From: a virus | Lineage: Duplodnaviria > Caudoviricetes | Strand: one strand, 5' to 3' | DNA: 44,029 bases | Virus record (IMG/VR): IMGVR_UViG_3300033489_000020 | Location: 1 to 44,029 of that record | Shown: positions 1 through 8,966 of the stretch, in pieces | How positions within the stretch are numbered: position 1 is the first letter of the stretch | Layout of the letters: every line of letters begins with the position of its first letter | Position numbers and translations under genes: made by a program | The notes under the pieces: generated by a model | Databases searched by the model: none | Told to the model about the DNA's origin: nothing | Seen by the model: the letters and a program-made list of their open reading frames with translations, nothing else

Positions 1-707
1 GGCGAAAATGGTGGCGGAGGAGTTGGTTGCCATCGAGGCTGAGCGCAGGAACAGCGGCACGCTGGGAGAATACTTTGACAACGATCAGAGCAGCGCAGAC
101 GCCATCGCCGCTATCCAGGGGGCGTGATGGATAAGGACTTCTCTGACTTTGTAAGCGAAGGGCGCGGCCTGATGCAAGCGCGGGATCGCAATAGCTGGGG
201 CCTGGGCGATCTGGCCTGCGAGTTCGAGGTAACGGTAGGGCGTCCGGGCGATCCGGATGCCCTTACCCTGAGTGACTTGGCGGGCGAGTGGGACGCCAGC
301 ACTCAACGGGTGAGCGAGTGGCGCAATTGCAGCGCATTCTATCCTACGGACGCGCGTACATTTGACCTCACGTGGACACACTACAACCAAGCGCGGCGAG
401 CGGCAGGGGGTGAGCTAGACAATGCGCTTGAACTGCTGGAGATGGCCGTAAAGCTGCACATGGGAACGCGGGCATTCGAGCGATACATCAAGGGCATCTA
501 CTTCGAGGGCCCCGTCAAGATTGGCGAGTTGGCGGTGGGCCTCCAGGCGATGATACCTGGCGGAGTCAAAGAGGTGTGGTTGGTTGTAAAGAGGACAGAG
601 GTATGAACTCATACGCACACAAGGTTGACAACAACCAGAAACAGATCGTAGATGAGTTGCGCGCGCTTGGGTATACAGTCGCTAACATGTCCCGGGCCGG
701 TGCCGGA
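1..707. repeat. Left copy of imperfect terminal direct repeat (other copy 43323-44029)
   Basis: 1-111 identical to 43323-43433. The rest is colinear at offset 43322 with many, mostly synonymous, substitutions. Confidence 0.95.
124..606 (+). CDS. Hypothetical DNA-binding protein (WxLGD...HTH...LTWTHY, LmbU-like pattern), allele A
   Basis: GTGA overlap with the upstream ERF stop. ORF is conserved in the diverged second copy. Family resemblance is from motif memory only. Confidence 0.6.
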   Translation: MMDKDFSDFVSEGRGLMQARDRNSWGLGDLACEFEVTVGRPGDPDALTLSDLAGEWDASTQRVSEWRNCSAFYPTDARTFDLTWTHYNQARRAAGGELDNALELLEMAVKLHMGTRAFERYIKGIYFEGPVKIGELAVGLQAMIPGGVKEVWLVVKRTEV

Positions 708-881
708 ATACCTGACCTAGTGGTAGGAGATAACCAGCGAATCGTGTGGGTCGAGATAAAGCGCAAAGGGCAGAAGTTAACGCCATACGAGCAAGCGTTT
801 TTTAACGAGTGGGCAGAGTGCACGCGGATTATTGCATACTGCACGGAAGATGTACTCAGATGGTTCGGGAGGCTATCATGA
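603..881 (+). CDS. VRR-NUC / PD-(D/E)xK nuclease (Holliday junction resolvase-like)
   Basis: VDNNQKQIV...GIPDLVVG...VEIK...KLTPYEQAF...W pattern; ATGA coupling to the upstream gene. Confidence 0.85.
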   Translation: MNSYAHKVDNNQKQIVDELRALGYTVANMSRAGAGIPDLVVGDNQRIVWVEIKRKGQKLTPYEQAFFNEWAECTRIIAYCTEDVLRWFGRLS

Positions 882-1087
882 AATGTGGTGACTTAGTTAG
901 TGTGAAGGCAAATGGCAAGACAATGAGCGCTACATATTGGTATCGCGCGTGCACTGGGAAGCTAGTGGTGTTCGTGACCGACGAGACGCAGAAAACAGAG
1001 TACGTGCAATTCTGCGCGCCGGAATGCGTGAGCTTGCAGGCGATATCGGCGCCAGGAGCGGTGAACATACCAGTGTGGGCGCGGTGA
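878..1087 (+). CDS. Hypothetical protein
   Basis: ATGA and GTGA coupling on both sides; GGAGG upstream. Confidence 0.6.
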   Translation: MKCGDLVSVKANGKTMSATYWYRACTGKLVVFVTDETQKTEYVQFCAPECVSLQAISAPGAVNIPVWAR

Positions 1088-1281
1088 CCATTGTCCTAGT
1101 TGACCCACGCGACCCCACTGTCCGCATCGTGCTGGACGGCCAGTTCGCCGAGTACGACGCCGATGTTCTGTTGCGGACGTTCCCGTGGCTGCGCGTATGC
1201 AAGACGCCTGACCAACCGCCGCTGTTCGCGCTTGACGAACCTCGCGCGGAGCAGGGGAGTTTGTTCGAGGGGATACCGTGA
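1084..1281 (+). CDS. Small hypothetical protein with C-terminal QPPLF/QGSLF motifs
   Basis: GTG start overlapping the upstream stop, AGGAG upstream; paralog remnant at 38652-38819. Confidence 0.65.
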   Translation: MTIVLVDPRDPTVRIVLDGQFAEYDADVLLRTFPWLRVCKTPDQPPLFALDEPRAEQGSLFEGIP

Positions 1282-1286
1282 TCCGC

Positions 1287-1315
1287 TTGCTATGCTACAA
1301 TGAGTGTGGTATACT
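1287..1315 (+). promoter_or_regulatory. Sigma70-type promoter TTGCTA-N17-TATACT with extended -10 TG
   Basis: Spacing and consensus read directly; lies upstream of a structured leader. Confidence 0.65.
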
Positions 1316-1321
1316 CATGGG

Positions 1322-1428
1322 TGTTGAGGGAAAGCGGTTTTTTTGTTGCCGACAGATCGCCGGATTGGTGAAACCGCCTCCCTCAACAAGTGGCAACGAC
1401 ACCAGTCCGGCGGTTTGTTTTCTAGGAG
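1322..1428 (+). promoter_or_regulatory. Structured 5' leader (hairpin whose loop pairs with downstream sequence)
   Basis: 1322-1340 pairs with 1371-1388; loop 1352-1370 pairs with 1400-1418, just before TAGGAG. Confidence 0.6.
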
Positions 1429-1434
1429 CAGTTC

Positions 1435-2481
1435 ATGAAAGAATCCCATCCCGTAGCTGACATATTCCCGATGCTTCCGCCAGACGAATTACAGCGACTA
1501 GCTGATGACATCGCCGCGCGCGGCTTGCTGGAACCGGTGGTGATGCTTGACGACATGATCCTTGACGGGCGGAACAGGTACGCGGCCTGCAAGTTGGCTG
1601 GTGTTACACCGGACTTTGTGACTTTCAGCGGCAATGATGCACTAGGCTATGTGATTGCCAAGAACCTGCATAGACGGCACCTGAACGAAAGCCAGCGGGC
1701 CGTGGTGGCAGCTAAGATTGCCAACATGAAACCACATCGACCGATTAAGTCGGCAAATTTGCCGACTTATGACAATGGATTACCCCATCCGGTAAGCCAA
1801 GAGCAGGCTGCTGCTATGCTAAATGTTAGCGTGCGATCCGTAACAAGCGCTAAAGCAATAGAGCGCGATGCGCCAGAATTGATACCACAAATAGAGAGCG
1901 GAACATTGTCTGTCGGAAAAGCCGAACAAACCATCCGCAAAATACAGCACAGAGAAACGCTGAAAGAGGTTTCGATGGATCAGGTGGTGAATGGCAAGTA
2001 TGCCGTCATCTATGCTGATCCGCCGTGGTCTTACAGAAACTCCGGTTTCAACCAGTCGGCTGCTAACCAGTATCCAACAATGTACGTAGAAGAGATCTGT
2101 AAAATGCCAATCGAAGAGCACACCACCGAAAACGCGGTACTGTTTTTGTGGGCAACGTCCCCCCTGCTCCCAGACGCTCTATCGGTAATGTCTGCCTGGG
2201 GGTTTGAGTATAAGGCCAGTATGGTATGGGTCAAGAACTCGGCTCCAGGGATGGGATGGTGGGTACGCACCTATCACGAATTGCTACTGATCGGCTGCAA
2301 AGGAAGCATCCAGCCAGAAACAAAGCCGTCCAGTGTGATTACATCGGAAGTCAGCAAACACTCCCAGAAACCGGATATGGTATACGATCTGATAGAGAGT
2401 ATGTACCCTGGACTATCCTATCTCGAATTGTTCGCGCGTAATTCTAGGGCAGGATGGGAGGCTTTCGGCAATGAAGTCTAA
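1435..2481 (+). CDS. ParB/Spo0J-like N-terminal domain fused to MT-A70 family adenine methyltransferase
   Basis: ILDGRNRY and NLHRRHL (ParB-like); YAVIYADPPW, LFLWAT, HSQKP, LELFAR and GW..FGNE (MT-A70). Confidence 0.9.
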   Translation: MKESHPVADIFPMLPPDELQRLADDIAARGLLEPVVMLDDMILDGRNRYAACKLAGVTPDFVTFSGNDALGYVIAKNLHRRHLNESQRAVVAAKIANMKPHRPIKSANLPTYDNGLPHPVSQEQAAAMLNVSVRSVTSAKAIERDAPELIPQIESGTLSVGKAEQTIRKIQHRETLKEVSMDQVVNGKYAVIYADPPWSYRNSGFNQSAANQYPTMYVEEICKMPIEEHTTENAVLFLWATSPLLPDALSVMSAWGFEYKASMVWVKNSAPGMGWWVRTYHELLLIGCKGSIQPETKPSSVITSEVSKHSQKPDMVYDLIESMYPGLSYLELFARNSRAGWEAFGNEV

Positions 2482-2740
2482 AGAAAAAATAGATGTTCTT
2501 GTCCGCAAGATGTACGGCAAGAATTGGATGATGATCAAAATAAAGCGCGGGAACGAATTAGTGCCGAGCTTCGAGGACTGGTTTCGGATGATACAAGCGC
2601 TATCTTTCTGCGAGAGAGGTAAGTATAAGAGTGTTGCAGACCCACTTGAGATGCCGAAGCGTTTTTTTATGCGCTGCTTTGACGAAGGAATTACATGGGA
2701 ACAAATACGAGAAGAGTTCGGTATACCGAGCAGAGAATAG
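2471..2740 (+). CDS. Hypothetical protein
   Basis: Overlaps the MTase stop; GGAGG upstream. Confidence 0.6.
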   Translation: MKSKEKIDVLVRKMYGKNWMMIKIKRGNELVPSFEDWFRMIQALSFCERGKYKSVADPLEMPKRFFMRCFDEGITWEQIREEFGIPSRE

Positions 2741-2766
2741 CCTACAGGCAAAAGGATGATTGAGGC

Positions 2767-3516
2767 ATGACAGAACGAACCTGGATCAAAATACACAGCG
2801 GTCTTACCAACGACCCAACGCATAGGGAACGTATGGGAATTAGAGTATGGTTGTTCGTGTGGTTAGTTGATCACGCCGACTGGGATACGGGCGTCGTCTA
2901 CAACTACAGCGACAAATGGGCGGGTGAGGAGATGGAGGTATCTCCGAGAACAATCGAGAGACAGCGCCAAGACCTAGAGGGACAAGATTACATATTCTGT
3001 CACGCTGGCTTTCAGTGCCAGCATATCAGGATCATGCGCTGGCGAAACCCGAAACTGGTGAGCCCACCCCAGATCAATGTACCGGGACTGCCTGATACTT
3101 GCGCAGAGTTGCGTACCCATAGTACGCAGAGTTGCGTACCCATCCCTACAGCAAACTGCGTACCCCTACATATAGATCACAATATATCAGAGTCTATCAC
3201 ACAGCCTGTCGTCTTTAACGAAAACGGAAACACATGGATATTCCAGATGTATCTGGACGTATTCAAGGAAGCTGTTAGTGCAGGGGAGCACGACGCTCTC
3301 CGCGACATGGCGCAGGCGTACACGCAGGCCGATGTCAAGGAGGCCATGACTATTACTCATGACAAGCACGCCCGCCAGCGCCTTACGCGTAAGGTTGCAT
3401 ACATGCGCGGCATTCTCCAGGATTGGGCGAAGAACGGCAAGGACGCGCCAACACAGCTGGCTCCGCTACAGCGCGCGCCAACACTCGAAGAGCTTGGGTA
3501 CAAGGTCGTGCGATGA
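2767..3516 (+). CDS. Phage replication initiator (N-terminal wHTH, C-terminal DnaD-like domain)
   Basis: WIKIH N-terminus; YMRGILQDW..NG DnaD-like motif; precedes DnaB; internal repeats. Confidence 0.8.
   Translation: MTERTWIKIHSGLTNDPTHRERMGIRVWLFVWLVDHADWDTGVVYNYSDKWAGEEMEVSPRTIERQRQDLEGQDYIFCHAGFQCQHIRIMRWRNPKLVSPPQINVPGLPDTCAELRTHSTQSCVPIPTANCVPLHIDHNISESITQPVVFNENGNTWIFQMYLDVFKEAVSAGEHDALRDMAQAYTQADVKEAMTITHDKHARQRLTRKVAYMRGILQDWAKNGKDAPTQLAPLQRAPTLEELGYKVVR
3102..3167 (+). repeat. Putative iterons / replication origin inside the initiator gene
   Basis: CGCAGAGTTGCGTACCCAT at 3102-3120 and 3125-3143; degenerate third copy at about 3149-3167. Confidence 0.65.
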
Positions 3517-4928
3517 GCGACAAACAACAGCTAACCCCTCATTCTGTTGAGGCTGAGCAGGCCGTTCTGGGCGCTATCCTGGTCAATCCAGGATCGCTCT
3601 ACGAGGTTAGCGACTTCCTGCGCGCAGACGACTTCTTCGTAGTGCGCAACGGATGGATCTACGATGCGATGCTCAATATCAGCGCTCGCCACGACCCGAT
3701 TGATTACCTAGTGGTGGTTTCCGAGCTTGATCGTGCCGGGAAGCTCAAGGAATGCGGCGGCGCGGCCTACATCCTCAGTCTGATAAACTCCACGCCTTCG
3801 GCGCTCAACATTGATGGTTACGGGCGCATGGTAGAGCGGACGGCAACACTCAGGCGCCTTGAACTGGCAGCTGGCGAGGTTGCAAAGGTATCTCATGCGT
3901 ACGAGATGGAATTGGAAGATGCGCTCAGCGTGGCCAGTGATGCAATCGTTAGCGTTATCGACCGCCACACAGGGACGATAGAGACGGCGCAGACGGTGCG
4001 TGACATTGCGGGCGACGTATCAATGGAGGCTGTTATCTGGGCAGAAGACCCGCGCGACGTGCGCGGCATCGCAACTGGTCTGCACGGTCTAGATACCAGC
4101 ACCGGCGGGTTTGAGGCTGGGCTGTTGTATTACCTGGCTGGCAGGCCTGGTGCTGGCAAGTCAGCGCTGATATCCAGGGCGGCGCGTGGTGTGGCAGAGA
4201 ATGACCATTGCGTCATTGTATATAGTCTAGAGATGACAAAGCGTGCAATGGTGCGCCGCATGGGGATGCAACTGTCAGGCGTAAACGGGACACAGCTCAA
4301 GCAAGGCAGGCTACCAAAGCCGGAGTTGCACAAATTCCTCCAAGCTCTCGACCAGATCGCCAAGCTGCCAATCATCATTGAGAGCCGATCCAACTTATCA
4401 ATCCTTGAGATGGAGGCCATCACGCGTAAGTATTCGCGCGACTACGACATTGGCCTGGTTGTGATCGACACGCTGAATGTGGTGCGCGATCGAGCCGATG
4501 GTCTGTATGAGAAGATGACTAACATCAGCCGCCAGGTCAAAGACTGGGCGCACTCATCGCCGTATGGCATTCTGGCTGCCGTCCAGCTATCTCGCGTCAA
4601 TGAGAAGTCAACCGACAAGCGACCAACACAATCGGCACTCAGGGACAGCGGAGCGCTTGAGCAGGACGCAGACTGGATCGGTGGGCTTCACCGCGAGTTT
4701 GCCTATGCAAAGACTCCGGAAGATCGGGCGCTGCTGGCTGACAGAGAGCATGTAGCAGAACTACTTCCGCTCAAGGTACGGGACGGCGCTTGTGAAATGG
4801 CGGCGGAGCTGTACTGGGATGCATCATGCGTTAATTTCAGCGACATGTACAAGCAAAATGTCAGCCTTGATTACGATAAGCACCCGTTTGTCCTTGGACG
4901 CGATGACGCGGGAGAGGCGTCCTTATGA
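3513..4928 (+). CDS. dnaB: Replicative DNA helicase, DnaB family
   Basis: PHSVEAEQAVLGAIL, Walker A GRPGAGKS, SLEM, QLSR, LRDSGALEQDAD. Confidence 0.95.
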   Translation: MSDKQQLTPHSVEAEQAVLGAILVNPGSLYEVSDFLRADDFFVVRNGWIYDAMLNISARHDPIDYLVVVSELDRAGKLKECGGAAYILSLINSTPSALNIDGYGRMVERTATLRRLELAAGEVAKVSHAYEMELEDALSVASDAIVSVIDRHTGTIETAQTVRDIAGDVSMEAVIWAEDPRDVRGIATGLHGLDTSTGGFEAGLLYYLAGRPGAGKSALISRAARGVAENDHCVIVYSLEMTKRAMVRRMGMQLSGVNGTQLKQGRLPKPELHKFLQALDQIAKLPIIIESRSNLSILEMEAITRKYSRDYDIGLVVIDTLNVVRDRADGLYEKMTNISRQVKDWAHSSPYGILAAVQLSRVNEKSTDKRPTQSALRDSGALEQDADWIGGLHREFAYAKTPEDRALLADREHVAELLPLKVRDGACEMAAELYWDASCVNFSDMYKQNVSLDYDKHPFVLGRDDAGEASL

Positions 4929-5101
4929 ATTACACATTTGTGAGATGGTACGAGCGTGGCCGCTGGTCACGTTGGCATCTAGTCAAGCCCGGCACGCTAC
5001 GCTATACGCTGTGTGGACATGCCATCGGGCACACTCTGCAACTTAAAGAACTCGGTTATTGCGATTGTGGCAGGTGCTCTAACAAAGAGGCGAAGCGATG
5101 A
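4925..5101 (+). CDS. Small putative Zn-binding protein (paralog 1), not in ORF track
   Basis: Manual translation MNYTFVRWYERGRWSRWHLVKPGTLRYTLCG...CDCGRC; ATGA-coupled at both ends. Confidence 0.7.
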   Translation: MNYTFVRWYERGRWSRWHLVKPGTLRYTLCGHAIGHTLQLKELGYCDCGRCSNKEAKR

Positions 5102-5280
5102 CCACTACACGATTGTTTGTGCGCTGGAAGACGCGCGGTCACTGGTCTCTATGGCACATAACAGACCAGAAGCGCGCGCGGCATACGCTGTGCGGTGTTA
5201 GCTATACATCGCCAGTAGAGATGACACAGATGTGGGTTTGCGACTGTAAGATTTGCGGAAAGGCGGCAACGGACAAATGA
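5098..5280 (+). CDS. Small putative Zn-binding protein (paralog 2)
   Basis: FVRWKTRGHWSLWH...HTLCG...CDCKIC, similar to the preceding ORF. Confidence 0.7.
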   Translation: MTTTRLFVRWKTRGHWSLWHITDQKRARHTLCGVSYTSPVEMTQMWVCDCKICGKAATDK

Positions 5281-5567
5281 CATCAACAGCTCAGAGTATC
5301 AGAGAGAAGGAAGCGACAGCGAAAGCGCGCGGCATTATCATGGCACGCCTGGATATGCACCGTGTTCCATTCGATTGTAAGCGGTGTGAGTATGAGATCC
5401 GCTGTGCGTCGCTGGCGCCGGCCCGGGCGGTGCTGTGTGAGTTGAGCGACGAAGAGCTGGGGCTGCCACTGGTGTCACCTCGCGATGGCGACGGTGAAAG
5501 CAGTGAGAATTACGCTGAAGAGAATGCGAGCTACTACCTGCAAGTGCATGTGGTAGGAGCACGGTAA
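5277..5567 (+). CDS. Hypothetical Cys-containing protein
   Basis: ATGA coupling; CxxC...C...C pattern. Confidence 0.55.
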   Translation: MTSTAQSIREKEATAKARGIIMARLDMHRVPFDCKRCEYEIRCASLAPARAVLCELSDEELGLPLVSPRDGDGESSENYAEENASYYLQVHVVGAR

Positions 5568-5827
5568 CAATGGCATATGAGTGCCCTTACCCGCCACCCC
5601 CGTTTTTCTACCCGTCCTACTGGCCAGCGCATCACAACGGACGCACGTTATCCTGGTGGTGGGGGCTGTACATATGTTACTTGGCTGGATGGGCCTGGTG
5701 GGCATCGACGGACACTGGCGGGTATCTCCAGTGATTGACATCTGCTGGCATCTCCCGATTTTGCTGATTGTGGCGCTAGTTGGCGGGGTGCCGGCTCAAC
5801 TGATGGCTGATCCGTACCGGAGGCATC

Positions 5828-6811
5828 ATGGCAAGCAATGACGACAAGTTGACGGGCGAGTATCTGTTGGCCGAGTGGCAAGGCGCACACAAGGCCAATG
5901 GAATAGGCAAGCGCGCGTGGGTACGCGAGGCATACCCTGGCATGACATACGGTCAGTGGTGGGGGAAAGTGTACAGATACCAACAGTCTCTCGTTGGCAA
6001 GCTGGCTCCACAGGAGCAGTGGTTCATGCAAGACATCGCACCAGAGCTAGAGCTTGATGGCGACTGGATGGTGATCGGAGATGTGCACGTTCCTTGCACA
6101 GATTACGGTTTCGCACAACTGGTGACGGCGATTGCCGACAAGCACCTGCCGAATTGCAAGGGGCTGATCGTGGCCGGTGATCTGCTCAACGCCGATGCGT
6201 ACAGCAAATACTCATCGCTGATCAGTCTGCCATCATTCAACACTGAGATCCAGGCCGCCAAGCACTTGGTTGAGTTATGGTTAGAGACGTTCCCGCGCGT
6301 GGTGTGGTTGATGGGTAATCACGACGCTAGGTTCCTTACGCATGATAACGGCCAGATAACCGCTGACATGCTGAAGGACATCATAACGCACAACGGGCGC
6401 GTAGAGCTGTCTATCTGGGATCGGTGCTTTGTAACCACAGATAATGGACGTTGGGTTGTCGCCCACGGTGCCAGTTATTCGCGTAACCAGCTCAATAATC
6501 CGGCCGAGTATGCGCTGCAATTCCAGTGCAACGTTATCAGCCATCACGAGCACCATTTTGGTGTAGGCATGGATAAATATCGTCGCTATACAGTTGTCAA
6601 CAATGGAGGGCTATTCGACCCCAAGAAGATGCTCTATTCCCGGCTCAAGACCACTAACCGACCGGCGATGGCGCAAGGGTTTGTAATGCTGCGTGGCGGA
6701 TATCCGTATCTGTTTGGCAGCGACGGCTTCACGGATTGGGACTTGTGGTTGGGCGATGACGACAGCTTTGTTACCCCGCGACAGATAGATGTACAGGTCG
6801 CGGCGGCGTGA
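5828..6811 (+). CDS. Calcineurin-like metallophosphoesterase
   Basis: GDVH, GDLL, GNHD, HG and HHEH motifs; GGAGG RBS. Confidence 0.9.
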   Translation: MASNDDKLTGEYLLAEWQGAHKANGIGKRAWVREAYPGMTYGQWWGKVYRYQQSLVGKLAPQEQWFMQDIAPELELDGDWMVIGDVHVPCTDYGFAQLVTAIADKHLPNCKGLIVAGDLLNADAYSKYSSLISLPSFNTEIQAAKHLVELWLETFPRVVWLMGNHDARFLTHDNGQITADMLKDIITHNGRVELSIWDRCFVTTDNGRWVVAHGASYSRNQLNNPAEYALQFQCNVISHHEHHFGVGMDKYRRYTVVNNGGLFDPKKMLYSRLKTTNRPAMAQGFVMLRGGYPYLFGSDGFTDWDLWLGDDDSFVTPRQIDVQVAAA

Positions 6812-6822
6812 AGGAGAGTGAT

Positions 6823-6960
6823 ATGAGAAACAACGACAACGATGCCTTGGAACGTTCGACTGTAGTATTTTGGGCAGCGGTTTACTATATTGTCTACGTA
6901 ATCGGATGCTTGCTTTTAACGATGGGCATATGGTTGCCACTGGTATTAAATAGCAACTAA
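6823..6960 (+). CDS. Small membrane protein
   Basis: AAGGAG RBS; 45 aa with one long hydrophobic segment. Confidence 0.5.
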   Translation: MRNNDNDALERSTVVFWAAVYYIVYVIGCLLLTMGIWLPLVLNSN

Positions 6961-6998
6961 GTGAATATGCGGCTTATCGGCTACTAAGTGAGGGCGCC

Positions 6999-8165
6999 AT
7001 GAAATTTGGATCGTTGTTTGCTGGCATTGGTGGATTTGACTTAGGACTGGAACGTGCCGGTATGGAGTGCGCCTGGCAGGTCGAGATCGATCCTTATTGC
7101 CAGAAGGTTCTGGCGAAACACTGGCCAGAAGTAGAGAGGTTCAGCGATGTCAGAGAATGCGGAAGTAAGAACCTATCAACAGTTGACCTTATCTGTGGAG
7201 GGTTCCCCTGTCAGCCGTTCAGTGTCGCCGGGAAGCAGCGAGGCGCGGCAGATAACCGTTATCTCTGGCCTGAGATGCTTAGAATTATTGCAGAACTCCA
7301 TCCAGGGTGGGTTATTGGCGAGAACGTTCCTGGCATCGTCAGTATGGCACTCGACGATGTGCTTGCTTCGCTGGAGGGTGAAGGCTACACCTGCGAAACG
7401 TTTGTTATTCCAGCTTGTGCCGTCAACGCGCCGCACCGCAGAGACAGAGTATGGATTGTGGCCCACACCGAATACGTTCGACAGTCTGGCCAACCCCATA
7501 CAGGGCAAGGAAGAAACATTCGAGAATCTACACGCATTGAAACTGAGCAATGCGGTGAGACTGTGGCCGACCCCAGCGGCGATGGATGCCACCCCGATAA
7601 CTGGTGGGGATTTGTACAAAACGGAAACCGGAACGGTGCGGGCGCGGTACGGGAAGGCGAGCAGCAACAGAGGGCTTGGGGCAACGGTAATGTTCCAGAC
7701 TCCGACGGTCCCCAACGGGGGACGATCTCCAAAGGGCGGGATGTCTCCAACGGGGATGACACCAGACGGCAAGAAACGCCAGATGGACTTGGGGTATTTT
7801 GTGAAGATGTTACCTACACCGCGGGCAACGGACGGCAGCCATGGGGGCCGGGTAACTCCGAGAAAAGCTCGGAACGGTGGGAACTTGATCGAGGCGGTAA
7901 GCGCGGATATGTATGCAACCCCATCGGCTCGGGATTGGCGAAGTGGGAAGGCCAGCGAGGAAACTCACGCCCGCAACAGCAGGCCACTGTCGGAGCAGAT
8001 CGGGAAATTGGAGAATGGTGGGCAGTTGAACCCGAACTGGGTAGAGTGGCTCATGGGATACCCCATCGGGTGGACAGACTTAGAGCCCTCGGAAATGCCG
8101 TAGTCCCGCAGGTGGTCGAGTTGATCGGGCGGGCGATTGTGGATGCTGACGCATGTAAGCGATAA
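6999..8165 (+). CDS. C5 cytosine DNA methyltransferase, alpha chain (motifs I-VIII and X)
   Basis: FAGIGG, GGFPCQ, ENV, PHRRDR, LGNAVVP; motif IX not seen in this frame. Confidence 0.92.
   Translation: MKFGSLFAGIGGFDLGLERAGMECAWQVEIDPYCQKVLAKHWPEVERFSDVRECGSKNLSTVDLICGGFPCQPFSVAGKQRGAADNRYLWPEMLRIIAELHPGWVIGENVPGIVSMALDDVLASLEGEGYTCETFVIPACAVNAPHRRDRVWIVAHTEYVRQSGQPHTGQGRNIRESTRIETEQCGETVADPSGDGCHPDNWWGFVQNGNRNGAGAVREGEQQQRAWGNGNVPDSDGPQRGTISKGRDVSNGDDTRRQETPDGLGVFCEDVTYTAGNGRQPWGPGNSEKSSERWELDRGGKRGYVCNPIGSGLAKWEGQRGNSRPQQQATVGADREIGEWWAVEPELGRVAHGIPHRVDRLRALGNAVVPQVVELIGRAIVDADACKR
7147..8103 (+). CDS. Nested +1-frame ORF: putative beta chain of the C5 MTase (TRD repeats plus motif IX)
   Basis: 318 open codons inside the MTase gene; five (W/F/L/Y)xTP repeats; LNPNWVEWLMGYPIGWT motif IX-like end. 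Confidence 0.75.
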   Translation: MSENAEVRTYQQLTLSVEGSPVSRSVSPGSSEARQITVISGLRCLELLQNSIQGGLLARTFLASSVWHSTMCLLRWRVKATPAKRLLFQLVPSTRRTAETEYGLWPTPNTFDSLANPIQGKEETFENLHALKLSNAVRLWPTPAAMDATPITGGDLYKTETGTVRARYGKASSNRGLGATVMFQTPTVPNGGRSPKGGMSPTGMTPDGKKRQMDLGYFVKMLPTPRATDGSHGGRVTPRKARNGGNLIEAVSADMYATPSARDWRSGKASEETHARNSRPLSEQIGKLENGGQLNPNWVEWLMGYPIGWTDLEPSEMP

Positions 8166-8212
8166 GGCTAACTACTTGTTACTACGAAAGGCACCAGGAG
8201 GATAGGGAGACG

Positions 8213-8428
8213 ATGGTTACTCAAAAGCTGCTCAATTTAGTAACGCAGTGCGTTAAGCACTACAGGAGCTTTCCATTTACCGTAAGCGATATTTCTATAT
8301 CGCTGGGTACTAGTCACAGCTACGACAAGTCAGAAATCCGCGAGGCGATCTGGCTACTGATTGACAGAGGCGTAGTTGATATCACGCATGATCTGCGATT
8401 CAAATTAGTTCAGGCAAAGGAAGGGTGA
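8213..8428 (+). CDS. Hypothetical protein, winged-helix-like
   Basis: Strong RBS; EIREAIWLLIDRGVV pattern. Confidence 0.55.
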   Translation: MVTQKLLNLVTQCVKHYRSFPFTVSDISISLGTSHSYDKSEIREAIWLLIDRGVVDITHDLRFKLVQAKEG

Positions 8429-8432
8429 GGCG

Positions 8433-8624
8433 ATGGAATGCTATTGTGCAGTGTGCTTTGAGTGCGATGGTACCGGGACGGTTTGGTATAGCTCGAACGG
8501 CAAGTTTTTATGGCATCACCGGTGCGATGACATGGATGAACCGGAGACATGCCCGGAGTGCTATGGGAGCGGTGTCGAGATTTATGGCGATTGCCCAATA
8601 CATGGCTATGACGATGACGAGTAA
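8433..8624 (+). CDS. Small Zn-finger protein (CxxCxGxG repeats)
   Basis: CFECDGTG and CPECYGSG. Confidence 0.65.
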   Translation: MECYCAVCFECDGTGTVWYSSNGKFLWHHRCDDMDEPETCPECYGSGVEIYGDCPIHGYDDDE

Positions 8625-8664
8625 GTATCTAGAATTGTGAATAACATTGCTTAGGGAGAATGAC

Positions 8665-8922
8665 ATGGAAACGTTTTGGACAAAGGTTTGGCAGATTTTA
8701 CGTGAGGAATGCGGAGCCTACGACGACGACATGGGGTTCATCGCCACTCTAGGTCAGTTCGGCGAGTGGCGCTTCCAAGGTGCGCTAGGCTTTGGCGGGA
8801 AGATTTGGCACGTTAATGATGATCTGTATGTCAACTACTACCCAGAGGATCGGAACGCTAAGCGCGACAAAATGGTTGAGCTCGCAAATTTCAGACTGGC
8901 AAAGCTGTTAGATAGCAGGTAA
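8665..8922 (+). CDS. Hypothetical protein
   Basis: GGGAG RBS; EWRFQGALGFGGK. Confidence 0.65.
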   Translation: METFWTKVWQILREECGAYDDDMGFIATLGQFGEWRFQGALGFGGKIWHVNDDLYVNYYPEDRNAKRDKMVELANFRLAKLLDSR

Positions 8923-8966
8923 CGATATCCCAACTAATAGAAATATTTGGAATTAAGGAGAGATAC

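Noticed and set aside
1-707. Diverged repeat as a DGR template/variable pair
   Set aside because: No reverse transcriptase; differences are not adenine-specific and are mostly synonymous.
5570-5841. Gene between 5567 and 5828
   Set aside because: Competing frames (Trp-rich 5570-5734 versus hydrophobic 5581-5841) cannot be resolved by eye, so none was called.
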